Source of the DNA: Octopus bimaculoides
Taxonomy: Eukaryota
Reading direction: 5' to 3'
Assembly (NCBI RefSeq): GCF_001194135.2
Contig: NC_068983.1
Location: 70,756,232-70,795,035, forward strand
Length of the DNA: 38,804 bases
The notes under the pieces are model-generated. The model searched no databases and was not told where the DNA came from. It was given only the letters and a program-made list of their open reading frames with translations. The position numbers and the translations under genes are program-made. The stretch's first letter is position 1. Every line of letters starts with the position of its first letter. Of the stretch, positions 10,736 through 22,900 are shown in pieces.

Positions 10736-11089
10736 NNNNNNNNNNNNNNNNNNNNNNNNNNNNNNNNNNNNNNNNNNNNNNNNNNNNNNNNNNNNNNNNN
10801 NNNNNNNNNNNNNNNNNNNNNNNNNNNNNNNNNNNNNNNNNNNNNNNNNNNNNNNNNNNNNNNNNNNNNNNNNNNNNNNNNNNNNNNNNNNNNNNNNNNN
10901 NNNNNNNNNNNNNNNNNNNNNNNNNNNNNNNNNNNNNNNNNNNNNNNNNNNNNNNNNNNNNNNNNNNNNNNNNNNNNNNNNNNNNNNNNNNNNNNNNNNN
11001 NNNNNNNNNNNNNNNNNNNNNNNNNNNNNNNNNNNNNNNNNNNNNNNNNNNNNNNNNNNNNNNNNNNNNNNNNNNNNNNNNNNNNNNNN
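10736..11089. other. Assembly gap (N) between (CA)n and (TA)n
   Basis: Run of N. Confidence 1.
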
Positions 11090-11132
<43 letters not shown>

Positions 11133-11770
11133 CACATACACATTTAGATATACATACATACATATATTCCCATTCCCTGCCTCTTCCTTTCTTTTCACCA
11201 TCTGTATACGGCCGCGCCAGGAATACTACTATCACTTGTGTTCTCCTCATATAAAACGTAACATTACAGAAATTGAGACACCCTTCATTCCAATCATTAA
11301 AACCATAAATGACATGACTGATCTTGATTACTGATGCCACCTTTAAAAGTGTTAACTTTTTCGCCGATAATGCTACATCATGACTATACCACCAGCATTG
11401 CCCAAATGACCATAACATCAAATTCAGAATTCATTCATACGCCCATTACAACACATAACCACTCTGCAACACATTTTTACTTTACGTCAACGGACCCTGC
11501 TCTATTTAACATTATCTCAAAACAAATGAACGAAGAATAAGTCTCCATTATCGCCAAAAAACCCACCCATATCAGCTTAATTCTCGTTCATTAACCCAAA
11601 ATGAATATTTAGTTCCATTTTGATGAGCACACCATTGGTCCTAAAATTTAGCAGTGCTCTTTCCGGGGCTGTTGGACCTGTACACTAAACATTCCATGCT
11701 GTTCTTTCGACATCTGATTATATATGGGTAACAAATCCAGCTGAACAAAAAGTAAAATACAACAGACTGA

Positions 11771-12097
11771 GCTGATGCTATGCTGGCTGAGGTTATTAAT
11801 CCTGATAGGGATATGGTAACCGATCTTGTGTTGACCATACTAATTATGATCAAATGAAATGGTTCACAATTTCAACGGAATTAAATAGATGCAATCCTGA
11901 TTTCACTCTCCATGAGAAAAGGTGCTAGCTCCAACAGTAGAAACGTTCTTATAATTGACGGTAAGTGATGCGCAAGGCATTTTGTGAAATGGTTGCAGAT
12001 ATACATATGCTCCATCGGAATCCCAGAGTCTCAATGGAGATTTAGATCTGGTAGAGGCACCACAGATATGGTCTTCATTGTCAGACAGTTGCATAAA
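11771..12097 (+). pseudogene. RTE-clade LINE reverse transcriptase fragment
   Basis: One frame reads ADAMLAEVI...DAILISLSMRKG...NSRNVLIIDGK*CARHFVKWL...IPESQWRFRSGRGTTDMVFIVRQLHK. This matches the RTE RT motif LPESQCGFRxGRGTxDMIFxxRQLQEK, with internal stops. Confidence 0.87.
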
Positions 12098-14530
12098 CTA
12101 CTCTCTTTATCTAGTTTTTATTCATCTAACGAACGTCATTGACACAATGAATGGAAATGCGCTGTTGAGAATCTTCTGAAAATTGAGATAATCAACTAGT
12201 TTTGCTGATAAGTTGTTTCTTTTTTCTTTTTCAATACACATTTGTGTATTACTTAAACTCAAATAGTGCTTCGACAGAGACGATGTTGTTGGACAACTTT
12301 GTTCTTCATACATATTGCAGTGTCGATTACTCGTACATCTAAATGTAATCTAGACATCTTTGTCCACAATTGCATAACATGTAAACGGCTTAATTTGAAT
12401 TATTTCAAAGTTAAAATTATACACACTAATACAGACATATACACATGCATACACGTGTACATAAATACTGCATGCGTTTGTATTCGTGATAGTGGTGGGA
12501 GGTGTCTGTATATTTACATCATTTTAGCTAGTTTGAAATTGTTACCATTGTTACTTAGGATACAGTTGTACTCGCATTACACTGCTGCATTTTAAAATTT
12601 CCTTTCTTTTCTATCTTACATTTTTTTCTTAAACATACAGTTGAGTTTCTTCTTTTATTGATATTGATATGGTGAGGTCTATTGCCAAACATGGCATGAT
12701 AAAAGTTTAACAAGGGAGAGAAACTAAACAAATCTCTTCTTGAAAGTTGATATAATTATAATGTTTCTGCCGGGAGCACAAGCGGAACTGTTAATTGGAT
12801 AAAAAAAGAAAAACAAATGAATACTATTTTTTCCGCTTATTACAATATAGAAGACTTGTTGAGTCATTCATTTGATAATCAATATTTCTTTTTGTTTAGT
12901 TTGCTTTTTTTTTGCTTCTAATTAACATGTCATACCTACATAACATAATGTGGGAGCCTCTGACATGAGCTGTTAATTTGTTAGAAATAACAACCCAATC
13001 TCCTTCAAATCATACACTGCCTTAGGAAGATTGACTAATCCAGGCCAACGAATAATAAGCCTGAATTACATAAGTTTGATGGTCATACTTGAGATACGCT
13101 CCTTCATAGATCTATACGATTAGGGTGTGCTAGATGTAAAACTACAGCAAAAACAACAACAGCTTTATAATACTTTTGTGTGGGCACAAGCCTTTTAAAG
13201 CAGTAGTAAAATTTATCCCGACAAAATCAATTCTATCTTTAGAAAAGGAACTGAGCTAAACAATACGAGAACATAATCTCCATCGTATAGATAAGAGACA
13301 AAGCTAGGCAACGTTGATTGTAATATTTCTTTGATCGGTTGTTTTCATATATTAATAAATCAGATTTCTGGAGCAGAGTTTGAAAGGACAATCGAATAGC
13401 AACAATACGCAGCATTTCTTAATATGACCAATGGATATTGCATTAAGTAGCTAGACTACTTATTGCAGATTTATGAAGATATACCTTCTTAAAAAAAAAC
13501 AAGTCTTCCTAGAAGAAATGTATTAGCTTTATACGGGCCCGTGAAAGATCTTCTTTGCGGCCAGCGACATGCTAGATATAACAGCCAAATCAAAAAACAG
13601 ACGTAATGACGTATTGAATAATATAGCCTGAGAGGAACGAGATCTGAAAAGATCAGATTTTCCCGAATAGAACGCCTTTGAAAATAAGTCTGTAGGATCA
13701 GAGCTAACTGGTGTCTAAGCGAGAACATACTAGGTTCATAATTTAGTTTCTAGTTCATAACATAGTTTCGAGTTATTCATAACTTAATTTTATGTATCTC
13801 ACAAGGATTTCAGTGGAATGTAGTTCACATGATACTATTTCTTTCCATGCAAATATCTTTCCGTCTTCAATCCGTGTTGAATACACTAATTAACCCAAAA
13901 GGTATCGCTCTGTTTATCTCCCCTACTCACGCTACTCATCATTTCAAATGATTTTTCATTAGAGAGGGATGTCAGTGTATCGAACATTTCACCCTGAACA
14001 TTTACTTCTGAGCGAAAGCGAAATAAACGCAAGTTGAATATCTTCCAATGAAACATTACTCCAACTCGTTAAAGCAGAGATTTATGAGCTAACAAGGGAA
14101 ATATACGCTACGTCTTCAGCTGCTTAAAATAGCAACCAAATATCCTTTCGTGAGGGTTAACAATAAAACAACAACAATAGCTCTATCATCCTAATATGAA
14201 GGGAGGTCAACTAGGTCATTGAGAGCTATGTGTCACTGCGAGAAACTTATTTCCACATTAGTGATAGAGCTCCAATTATTGTGTAAGTGCAAATCTTGCA
14301 CATTCTAATTTAAATATTCCGTTTATTTTTGTGAAGAAAAATAAATAGAAGGCAATTAATTGAAGCATTTCGACGTCCTAATATGTCTGTCTTAAATAAT
14401 GTTACCAATTACGCATACTGTAAAAGCACTGGATTTGATAATGTCTAACAAGATTTGAAGGAATGTATTAAGAAAATAAGTATTTGACGAGGGTAATCCT
14501 ACTAAAAGAACACACACACATATAAATAAT

Positions 14531-14561
<31 letters not shown>

Positions 14562-14703
14562 GTATATATATATAATATTATTCATACATACATATATGCG
14601 CGAACATATAGATAAATACACGCAGATGCGCATACATACACAAAGAATGTTCAGTTGAATGTGAAGCCTACATCACTTTTTAAGATTATCAGAAGCCGAC
14701 TGC

Positions 14704-14733
14704 TATGCTAAACTGACTCGTCAGTTTAGCATA
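14704..14733. repeat. Near-perfect 30-bp palindrome
   Basis: tatgctaaactgac-tc-gtcagtttagcata (14-bp arms, 2-nt centre). Confidence 0.95.
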
Positions 14734-14889
14734 AGCAACAAATATATTTAAAACAATATCCACGGAAACAATGTTAAATCTATTACAGAACAACAACAAC
14801 ATATTCTCGGTGGTTAATAATACACATTGCTAAAATAGGCTCAAAATTTCAAATTTTGAATTGATTATTCTGATCAAAATAGTTTAGTA

Positions 14890-14990
14890 GTCATGTTACT
14901 AATCCTAGAAAGTCAAAAGTGAAGTTTCTCTGTGTCAGATTAGAACTCAGAACGTAAAGGGCTGGAACTAAACACCACAAAGCCTTTTGT
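14890..14990 (-). mobile_element. Degenerate SINE fragment
   Basis: gaactcagaacgtaaaggg and flanks match the family at 21853-22297, 32236-32448 and 35040-35216. Confidence 0.45.
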
Positions 14991-15649
14991 CCTTAATAAT
15001 ATGAAGAAACAATGTATATATAAGTTCACTTTATCTTACACCGATCATTTCTATCAGTCAGTTTTCAAGTGAAGTGACCGAGGCATAGGAATTTTGGGAA
15101 GAAACAACCTCGTAGTTCGCAATCCTATCGAAATAATTATAATTAAGACATCTTAGGAAATCTCTTACGAAACTTTTCTGTGTATTGTTAAATATAATAA
15201 TACTCCAATTTGATATTAGCATATGCAATTAGTTTCGAGCTGTATAGTGCGTAGTTGATTTATGCATTTTAGACAAATCTAAAACAACTTTTATAGATAA
15301 CAAAACGATTGACCAAGGTTCCGTGCATTACAATATTCCTTTAAGAAAAGCCAATTCAATGAAATAGACATCTTACATAAACAGTAGTAGCTAAAAAAAA
15401 ACAAGTAAAAACAACAAAAAATATGCCAACTGGTGTCACATGCCTTTTACAAAATAATATTTTCCACGACTGAGTAACGAACACTTCTCATATTTACGAT
15501 AAGTTATTTAACCAATATAACCTTATAACTGAACAAAAAGTACCAGCAAAATTGGAAGTGCAAACGTCGGTGGAATATATTTTTATATTTACAAAACACC
15601 CAAAATGCGTGGTACAATTTTAGAAGTTTCGACATGGAGCGCTATGTTT

Positions 15650-16640
15650 ATTAACTCAATCATTACATTGCATAATAATGCAGAGAGCGCACTTGTTACT
15701 ATATCCACTATATGGTTTATTGTGTTTAACAATAGAACATTTGATATTGTAACTCACTGACTTCCGTTTTATATTATAGATTAGCCTAGACAAAGTAATA
15801 TACCAGCGCTCGCATCCGATCGAAAGCCGGTGGTTATGCAACCTCAACTTGAAATTAGTGCAGCACGTGGTTACATACAGAAACCTAGATTGATCCATAG
15901 ATACCGTGAACTGAACAGAATATTCTTGGTGAGACATTTATTAACTAACGGGCAAGAAGCTGGGTATTTGGAGCTACATAGTTTCGTAGCGTGCTCTATA
16001 GGAGTATTAAAAGGCCTATCTGTTTCGGACGCTATTTGAGTATTATACAGTTTTACTGTTATGAGGTGCTGTGAAGTTTGTTGTAAGAGATCTGTCCTGA
16101 TGATATAAGTGATAGGTATTGTCATTGCTGATTACAACATTTCTATTATCCACTACATTAATAATCGGCTCAATGGATCCGAAGGAAAGTTGTATAGGGA
16201 AACTGTGCATCTGATCAAGCGTTGTAGCGGTAGATGTCTTTTCTAGTCTTGGGACTAGACAAATTCGTAGGGTTACTATGCATGGTCCGGGGGTTAGTTA
16301 GTGTCCTATTAATATTTTTACTACTACTCACGTCTGTGTTAAGTAATTTTCTGTTATTGAAACGACGAATAATGTCGGTTATGTTCCATGTAATAGACTA
16401 CAACTTGATACATTTGGCAGATAAAAATTGTTTCTTAATATATTACATCTAGTGAAGTGTTTTCCTGATAGTGCAAAGAATGGTATGGGTAACTTAATTT
16501 GGACATTAAAAGCGACGGGTGTGGAGGTGAAACCAGATTACGTCAGGAACTCTAATTTGCTCGGCGCGTTTTTGTGGAATACCACCGTATGTGTTATGAT
16601 AAGAAGGTAAATGTTGACTGGAATGTCTTTGGTTCGTGGC
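15650..16640 (-). mobile_element. Decayed Penelope-like element: linker, zinc knuckle and GIY-YIG endonuclease
   Basis: Minus-strand pieces: DVIWF, FFALSGKHF, WNITDIIRRFNNRKLLN, CSSKYPASCPLVNKCLTKNILF, FLYVTTCCTNFKLRLHNH, ITLSRLIYNIKRK...IVKHNKPYSGYSNKCALC. Multiple frameshifts. Confidence 0.85.
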
Positions 16641-16751
16641 GGTGTTGATAGAGAGGTGTCCATTAGGTTTAGCACGATACTCATGCCTAAGGCCCGAAAC
16701 CGTTGTGATTAATAAAGAATCTCATGAATTCCAAATTCTGTTTCTCTCGTT

Positions 16752-16759
<8 letters not shown>

Positions 16760-16838
<79 letters not shown>
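16760..16838. repeat. (TA)n-(TG)n microsatellite
   Basis: Direct reading. Confidence 0.97.
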
Positions 16839-16840
<2 letters not shown>

Positions 16841-17220
16841 AGGCGCAATGGCCCAGTGGTTAGGGCAGTGGACTCGCGGTCATAGGATCGCGGTTTCGAT
16901 TCCCAGACCGGGCGTTGTGAGTGTTTATTGAGCGAAAACACCTAAAGCTCCACGAGGCTCCGGCAGGGGATGGTGGCGAACCCTGCTGTACTCTTTCACC
17001 ACAACTTTCTCTCACTCTTACTTCCTGTTTCTGTTGTACCTGTAATTCAAAGGGTCAGCCTTGTCACACTGTGTCACGCTGAATATCACAGAGAACTACG
17101 TTAAGAGTACATGTGTCTGCGGAGTGCTCAGCCACCTGCACGTTAATTTCACGAACAGGCTGTTCCGTTGATCGGATCAACTGGAACCCTCGACGTCGTA
17201 AGCGACGGAGTGCCAACAAA
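16839..17220 (+). mobile_element. Apparently full-length tRNA-derived SINE (resembles described octopus tRNA SINEs; family not assignable by eye)
   Basis: A box tggcccagtgg (16849-16859), B box ggtttcgattccc (16892-16904), GC-rich body ending ...gacggagtgccaacaaa. The 3' body is shared with 3471-3570. Confidence 0.88.
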
Positions 17221-17285
17221 TATATAGAGAGTGAGAGAGATTTAAATATACATGCCTATGGATGTATTTATGTGCATATATTTAT

Positions 17286-17327
<42 letters not shown>

Positions 17328-17399
17328 GCACGCACACGTACATACACAAACACACGAACACAAATACACATATATGCATGTATGTATAGCTCTTCAATT

Positions 17400-17785
17400 T
17401 TTTAATTATTATAAATCTTCCACTGAGCAGGGAGCCGGTTTCCAACAAAATTACAACGCTCTATCTTTGGGATGTAGTTAACAAAGGCAAATTCACATAT
17501 GGAACTTGAGAAAAGTCTTGCATATTTTTACTATTCCACTCACAGATTGCATTTGAACGAATTAGCCGGTCAATTTCTCTTCCTGAAAATCTCAGTTCAT
17601 TCAGATTCTCCTTTAAGCATTTACTAACAAAACCTAGTGCTCCAATTATTATTGGTATGAATATGAATTCATAGTCTGGATATGGAAGCTGGAGTTTTTG
17701 AAGCAGTTGTCCATAGATATCCTCTTTTTCTTTAATTTTCAAAGAGATATTCATATCTGCAAGGCAGCTGACCCCTGTCATGGTA
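17400..17785 (-). mobile_element. 3' end of a restriction-like-endonuclease LINE (R4/Dong- or NeSL-like), 5'-truncated
   Basis: ORF 17461-17781 reads GVSCLADMNISLKIKEKEDIYGQLL...FIPIIIGALGFVSKCLKENL, the characteristic RLE C-terminus (ExSCPxDxN..K..EK..Y, PIIIGALG). A short 3' UTR ending in taataat follows. Confidence 0.75.
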
Positions 17786-17827
17786 CATTCCTTTGCCCCT
17801 CTGTCTCTAACTACAATATCTGGGCTG

Positions 17828-18035
17828 TTATTCTTTTATTCGTTTCAGTCATGACTGCGGCCATGCTGGAGCACCGCCTTTAGTCGAACACATCGACACC
17901 AGGATTTATTCTTTGCAAGCCTAGTACTTATTCTATCGGTGCCTTTTGCCGAACCGCTATGTTACGGGAGAGTAAACACACCAACATCGTTTGTCAAGTG
18001 ATAATGGGTGGGGGGCAAACACAGATACACAAACG

Positions 18036-18088
<53 letters not shown>

Positions 18089-18241
18089 GTACGACGGGCT
18101 TCTTTCAGTTTGCGTCTAACAAATCCACTCACAAGGCTTTGGTCGGCCCGAGGCTATAGTAGAAGACATTTGCCCAAGGTGCCATGCAGTGGGACTGAAC
18201 CCAGAATCATGTGGTTGGTAAGCAAGCTACTTAACATGCAG
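17828..18241 (-). mobile_element. Near full-length tRNA-derived SINE with an internal (TG)n/(TA)n microsatellite
   Basis: On the minus strand: head with B box gggttcagtccc and CORE-like caccttgggcaaatgtcttc (18086-18241), then a microsatellite (about 18035-18085), then a 3' body ending ...gactgaaacgaataaaagaataa. The halves match 220-384 and 21-217. Confidence 0.88.
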
Positions 18242-19767
18242 GTAGTAGAAATTAAATTTCGAATTCAAACTAGCTGTAACGGTATAAACATTATCGGTCG
18301 CACATATATATAGTGTATGTGTTTAGTTTATGCGCCAATGTATATATGATTCATACACATACATATACGAGTGTGCATAAGTGTGTATACATTCAATAAA
18401 TATTAAGACACTCATATGTTCCTAGTAACACATTCCGGTCTCGAGGTTTATAATCACAAACCGCTACATGGTACATTTGTTCCTACACGAAGAGTTTGAA
18501 TAAATGGCACATTAATGATGTCATCCACAAAAAAAAAAAAAAAAAAAAGCAGGGACATAGTAAAAGTGAACAGTATGCTTACAGCAATCTGTTGTCGAAT
18601 ACGCCATTTTGGAATAGAACAAACTGAATCCATATGGTTTTGAAGTGAAATTCTTAGCTTGCTTCGTTCCATTTGACTATTACAATCTCCGATATATTGC
18701 TACATACAACTCAATTACCTATCTATTGTATGCAATTTAATTACTATATATAGAAGTTTTTGAAAATAATCAACTGTAAATTTACAATTTATATTACTGT
18801 AGCAACGAATTGAATTTACAACATATATAAATACTTCCTAATCAACAGACCGTTTACGTTAAACATTTTGCATTTTAAAGATTGAAAATAAGGTAATTAC
18901 AGGCTACAAAGTAAGTAAAAACAAACCGATCTATTATTATTTTTAAACACATCAGTTTGAATTTGAGTTTTGCTCACTTTGAAGTTTATAGATTTCTTAA
19001 ACAATCCATTTTTGTTTGTTTTACATCTCTGATTTTATGATCAGGCATATGCCCGTCTCATCTGATATATTCTTAGCATTAAAGGAGCTGGTTGTCATTG
19101 ATGTTGGTTGAAATGCTTTTGTTATTTATGTGTCTCGGTAGGCTTAGCGAAGGAAATAACTGAGGAATTCTTAAATTAAATATATTTCGCTTCTGACTTG
19201 TCTGTGTATTTCAAACTTCTTTTAGACAATAATCACAAGACTAATTATCTGGATTTTGTCGTTCTCTTAGTTGCTCACACTGTTTCGTCTGACTCCGGTA
19301 GTTTTCATTAGGTTAGTTATGGCAACTTAGACACAATTTTCAGAAATTTGGACCAACAAGAGAGAGAAAGAGAGAGGAGGGAGAGGGAAAGGGAACGGGT
19401 AGAGAGACAATAGAGTCTTAGTTGTTTGTATGAGGGTATATGATTACAGCATTGAGAAAATATGCACAAAATAGTGATATATATATCCTGGAATTTATGG
19501 TGTTTATACGCGGGAAATGTGTGAATTTCAGGCATAAATGTTATATATCTATACACATTTATTAAATCAATGTTGAGCATCTACTCTGAGTTTCACCCTT
19601 AGCTGAACTGTGGAAACTTAAAACTATCATTATTCTTATAGAGTTCACACCTAATTCATTCTGACACACCTAACTTGAAGTCTCTTTAAGCTCCGGCGTC
19701 TCTCCACCATCATGAAAAGTCAAGCTAAGAAAGAATCGCTGACAGCAACACTGTCAACTTTGATATA

Positions 19768-19814
<47 letters not shown>

Positions 19815-20424
19815 NNNNNNNNNNNNNNNNNNNNNNNNNNNNNNNNNNNNNNNNNNNNNNNNNNNNNNNNNNNNNNNNNNNNNNNNNNNNNNNNNNNNNN
19901 NNNNNNNNNNNNNNNNNNNNNNNNNNNNNNNNNNNNNNNNNNNNNNNNNNNNNNNNNNNNNNNNNNNNNNNNNNNNNNNNNNNNNNNNNNNNNNNNNNNN
20001 NNNNNNNNNNNNNNNNNNNNNNNNNNNNNNNNNNNNNNNNNNNNNNNNNNNNNNNNNNNNNNNNNNNNNNNNNNNNNNNNNNNNNNNNNNNNNNNNNNNN
20101 NNNNNNNNNNNNNNNNNNNNNNNNNNNNNNNNNNNNNNNNNNNNNNNNNNNNNNNNNNNNNNNNNNNNNNNNNNNNNNNNNNNNNNNNNNNNNNNNNNNN
20201 NNNNNNNNNNNNNNNNNNNNNNNNNNNNNNNNNNNNNNNNNNNNNNNNNNNNNNNNNNNNNNNNNNNNNNNNNNNNNNNNNNNNNNNNNNNNNNNNNNNN
20301 NNNNNNNNNNNNNNNNNNNNNNNNNNNNNNNNNNNNNNNNNNNNNNNNNNNNNNNNNNNNNNNNNNNNNNNNNNNNNNNNNNNNNNNNNNNNNNNNNNNN
20401 NNNNNNNNNNNNNNNNNNNNNNNN
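19815..20424. other. Assembly gap (N) after (TG)n
   Basis: Run of N. Confidence 1.
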
Positions 20425-20611
20425 GGGAAATAACCCTGAAATCCGGATACGTTCGTGCTGCAGATCGAGGTGAGAGGAATAACTTCCCTTGGCAAACAGG
20501 ACACAGTCGTGTGTCGATAAGCCAGCTGGAGGAGATGTCCTCCTGGGGCTAAAAGCAACAGTAACATCCACCCCTAGGGGTCAGCCACACTTAAGTGGCA
20601 ATATACTACAC

Positions 20612-20624
20612 TTTATATATATAT

Positions 20625-20673
<49 letters not shown>

Positions 20674-20695
20674 GTGATTGATCGATCGATCGATC

Positions 20696-20759
<64 letters not shown>

Positions 20760-20760
20760 T
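20612..20760. repeat. (TA)n-(GATA)n microsatellite with an internal (GATC)n patch
   Basis: Direct reading. Confidence 0.96.
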
Positions 20761-20773
20761 GTATATTTATGTA

Positions 20774-20987
20774 TGTGTGTGTTTGTGTCTGTGTTTGTAC
20801 CCCCATCACTGCTTGACAACTGGTGGTAAAGATGTTTGCGTCACTGTAAAAATTATCAGTTTGCGAAAAGAGATTAATGGAATAAGTTTAACGTGAACAG
20901 TCCTAGGGTCGATTTATTGGACTAAAATTTAAAGGAGGTGCCCCAGCATGGCTGCAGTCTAATGTCTGAAACGAGTAAAGAATAAAA
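20774..20987 (+). mobile_element. SINE 3' body (same family as 17828-18241)
   Basis: ...gtcctagggtcgatttattggactaaaatttaaaggaggtgccccagcatggctgcagtctaatgtctgaaacgagtaaagaataaaag. Confidence 0.72.
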
Positions 20988-21094
20988 GTGAAAAGATATC
21001 TATTCACACTACTTGGCATATTATGTTCTATTCGAGATAATTTTTGCCGTATGTAGGATATATTTTTATGATTTAGTACTATTACATTATGACA

Positions 21095-21138
21095 TGCATA
21101 CATACATACGCAGATACATACATACATACATACATACA

Positions 21139-21170
<32 letters not shown>

Positions 21171-21188
21171 CATATATACATGCATGCA

Positions 21189-21220
<32 letters not shown>

Positions 21221-21270
21221 CATATATACATGCATGCATACATACATACATACATACATACATACACCAC
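21095..21270. repeat. (CATA)n microsatellite
   Basis: Direct reading. Confidence 0.96.
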
Positions 21271-21981
21271 ACATAATTATAAATACATTACGTACGTACG
21301 TACGTATATATCTGCATATATTTATATTGTAAATTTTATACTGTACTCTTCGTATCCTATTGCTCTGTACATGCATACATTTTGATACATGATTTACTGT
21401 CACAGCTCTTAATTTTAGCGCACCTTTTAGCTATCACGTGAACATCTTATCCGATTATCTTAAGTTTTGAATATGACAAGATAAATCCCCTTCCCATGTA
21501 ACTTAAGCAATTCATGCGATTGCATTTCAAAAACAACTTTCGACCAATGAAATTCTTTCATTTTGGTACCTCACTACTTTAACAACTTGCTGGAGCCCAC
21601 TGTTCCTAAACAGCAAGAAATAAATAGGGTTTTATGAGGTTTGCATTCTCAAATTGTTACATACATTCACTCGCTTATATGCTTACATAGAGATATTTCG
21701 GTGAGCATACAACAATGTGAAGTTATTTTATGCTGCTGCGCCTATATAACACGTCGCGCGAAATTAACAGTACTTATGTCATTGTTTATCTTGCGTATAT
21801 TATAATCTGCGGCTAATCTATATTTCATAATGTTTCATTTTTATGCTCCATATTTTCTTTTGTACTCTAGGCACAAGGCCCGAAATTAGATCGACTCCAG
21901 TACACAACTGGTACTTAATTTATCGACCCCCGAAAGGATGAAAGGCAAAGTCAACCTCGGTGGAATTTGAACTAAGAACGT

Positions 21982-22220
21982 GAATACAGTTCTATATTTA
22001 AGAGATGAGAAATTATGCACATTATTTACATTATTTACATTTGACGGATATTTGTTCTCATCTTGTTTGTTGTTAAAACAACGTTTCGGCTGATATACTC
22101 TCCAGCCTTCATTAGATATCTTTGGGAAATATACTCTCCAGCCTTCATCAGATGTCTTGGAGAAATAACAACAAACAAACGAGGACAAATATCCGTCAAA
22201 TGTAAATAATGTAAATAACG
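21982..22220 (-). mobile_element. Short palindromic hammerhead-containing insertion (Penelope-derived, non-autonomous)
   Basis: Inverted arms 22022-22074 and 22167-22218 enclose hammerhead elements and a 36-bp tandem duplication. The insert is flanked by a degenerate 9-bp duplication, taagaacgt / tcagaacat. Confidence 0.72.
22075..22155 (-). ncRNA. Degenerate or rearranged minimal hammerhead ribozyme motif
   Basis: The minus strand reads acat-CTGATGA-aggctg...[duplication with CTAATGA]...aggctggagagtatatcagcc-GAAACGTT-gttt. The proximal core carries a G5A change and stem I is weak. Confidence 0.5.
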
Positions 22221-22589
22221 TCAGAACATAAAGGCCGACGAAATACTGCTAAGCATTTCGTCCGGTGTACTAACGTTTCTGTCAGCTCGCCACCCTTGCG
22301 CTCTAATTATTAACTCTTCTAGTGTTTCTTAAAGACATTGAATTTGAATAGTGAATTGTTTTCATTTACCAAGCGGAACAGGCTTAACTTTCGTACTAGA
22401 AAAGATCTACCAAGTTTTACATTATAAAAAGTATCTGTTTCGAGAAATTTTACATACTGAAGCACGTATCGTGATTATATACACAGTGTATTCACTGTTA
22501 TATTATTTTACCAGTGAGAACCGTCGATATTTCATCTTTAAGTTGGGACATAGAAGACTTTAGGAAAATATACAACCAATGAAAAGTAT

Positions 22590-22900
22590 TTGTGTGTGTG
22601 TGTATGTGTGTGTGTTTGTGTGCGTGTGTGTGTTTGTGCATGTGTATACATGTAGATATGCATATGTATGTAAATATATATGTACATATATATATGTACA
22701 ACCTTCGTCGACGTGTATGTGTGTGTATGTGTTTATATATCTATGTACGTAGTTATGTATGTATGTATATACGTATGTATGTATCTATGCATGCTTGTAT
22801 GTATGTATGTATGTATGTATGTATGTATGTATGTACGTATGTATGTATCTATGCATGCTTGTATGTATGTATGTATGTATGTATGTATGTATGTATTTAG
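22590..22900. repeat. Compound (TG)n/(TATG)n microsatellite field
   Basis: Direct reading. Confidence 0.96.

Larger units (their letters stand above)
21853..22297 (-). mobile_element. tRNA-derived SINE split by a 239-bp insertion
   Basis: The head (22221-22297) and body (21853-21981) together match the uninterrupted copy at 32236-32448 (gaaatgcttag..gtatttc, gttcaaattcc..gaggttgactttgcctttcatcc..gtcgataaa.taagtaccag). Confidence 0.86.

Noticed and set aside
16839-16910. tRNA gene
   Set aside because: The A and B boxes run directly into a SINE body shared with another copy, and no complete cloverleaf with acceptor stem is evident.
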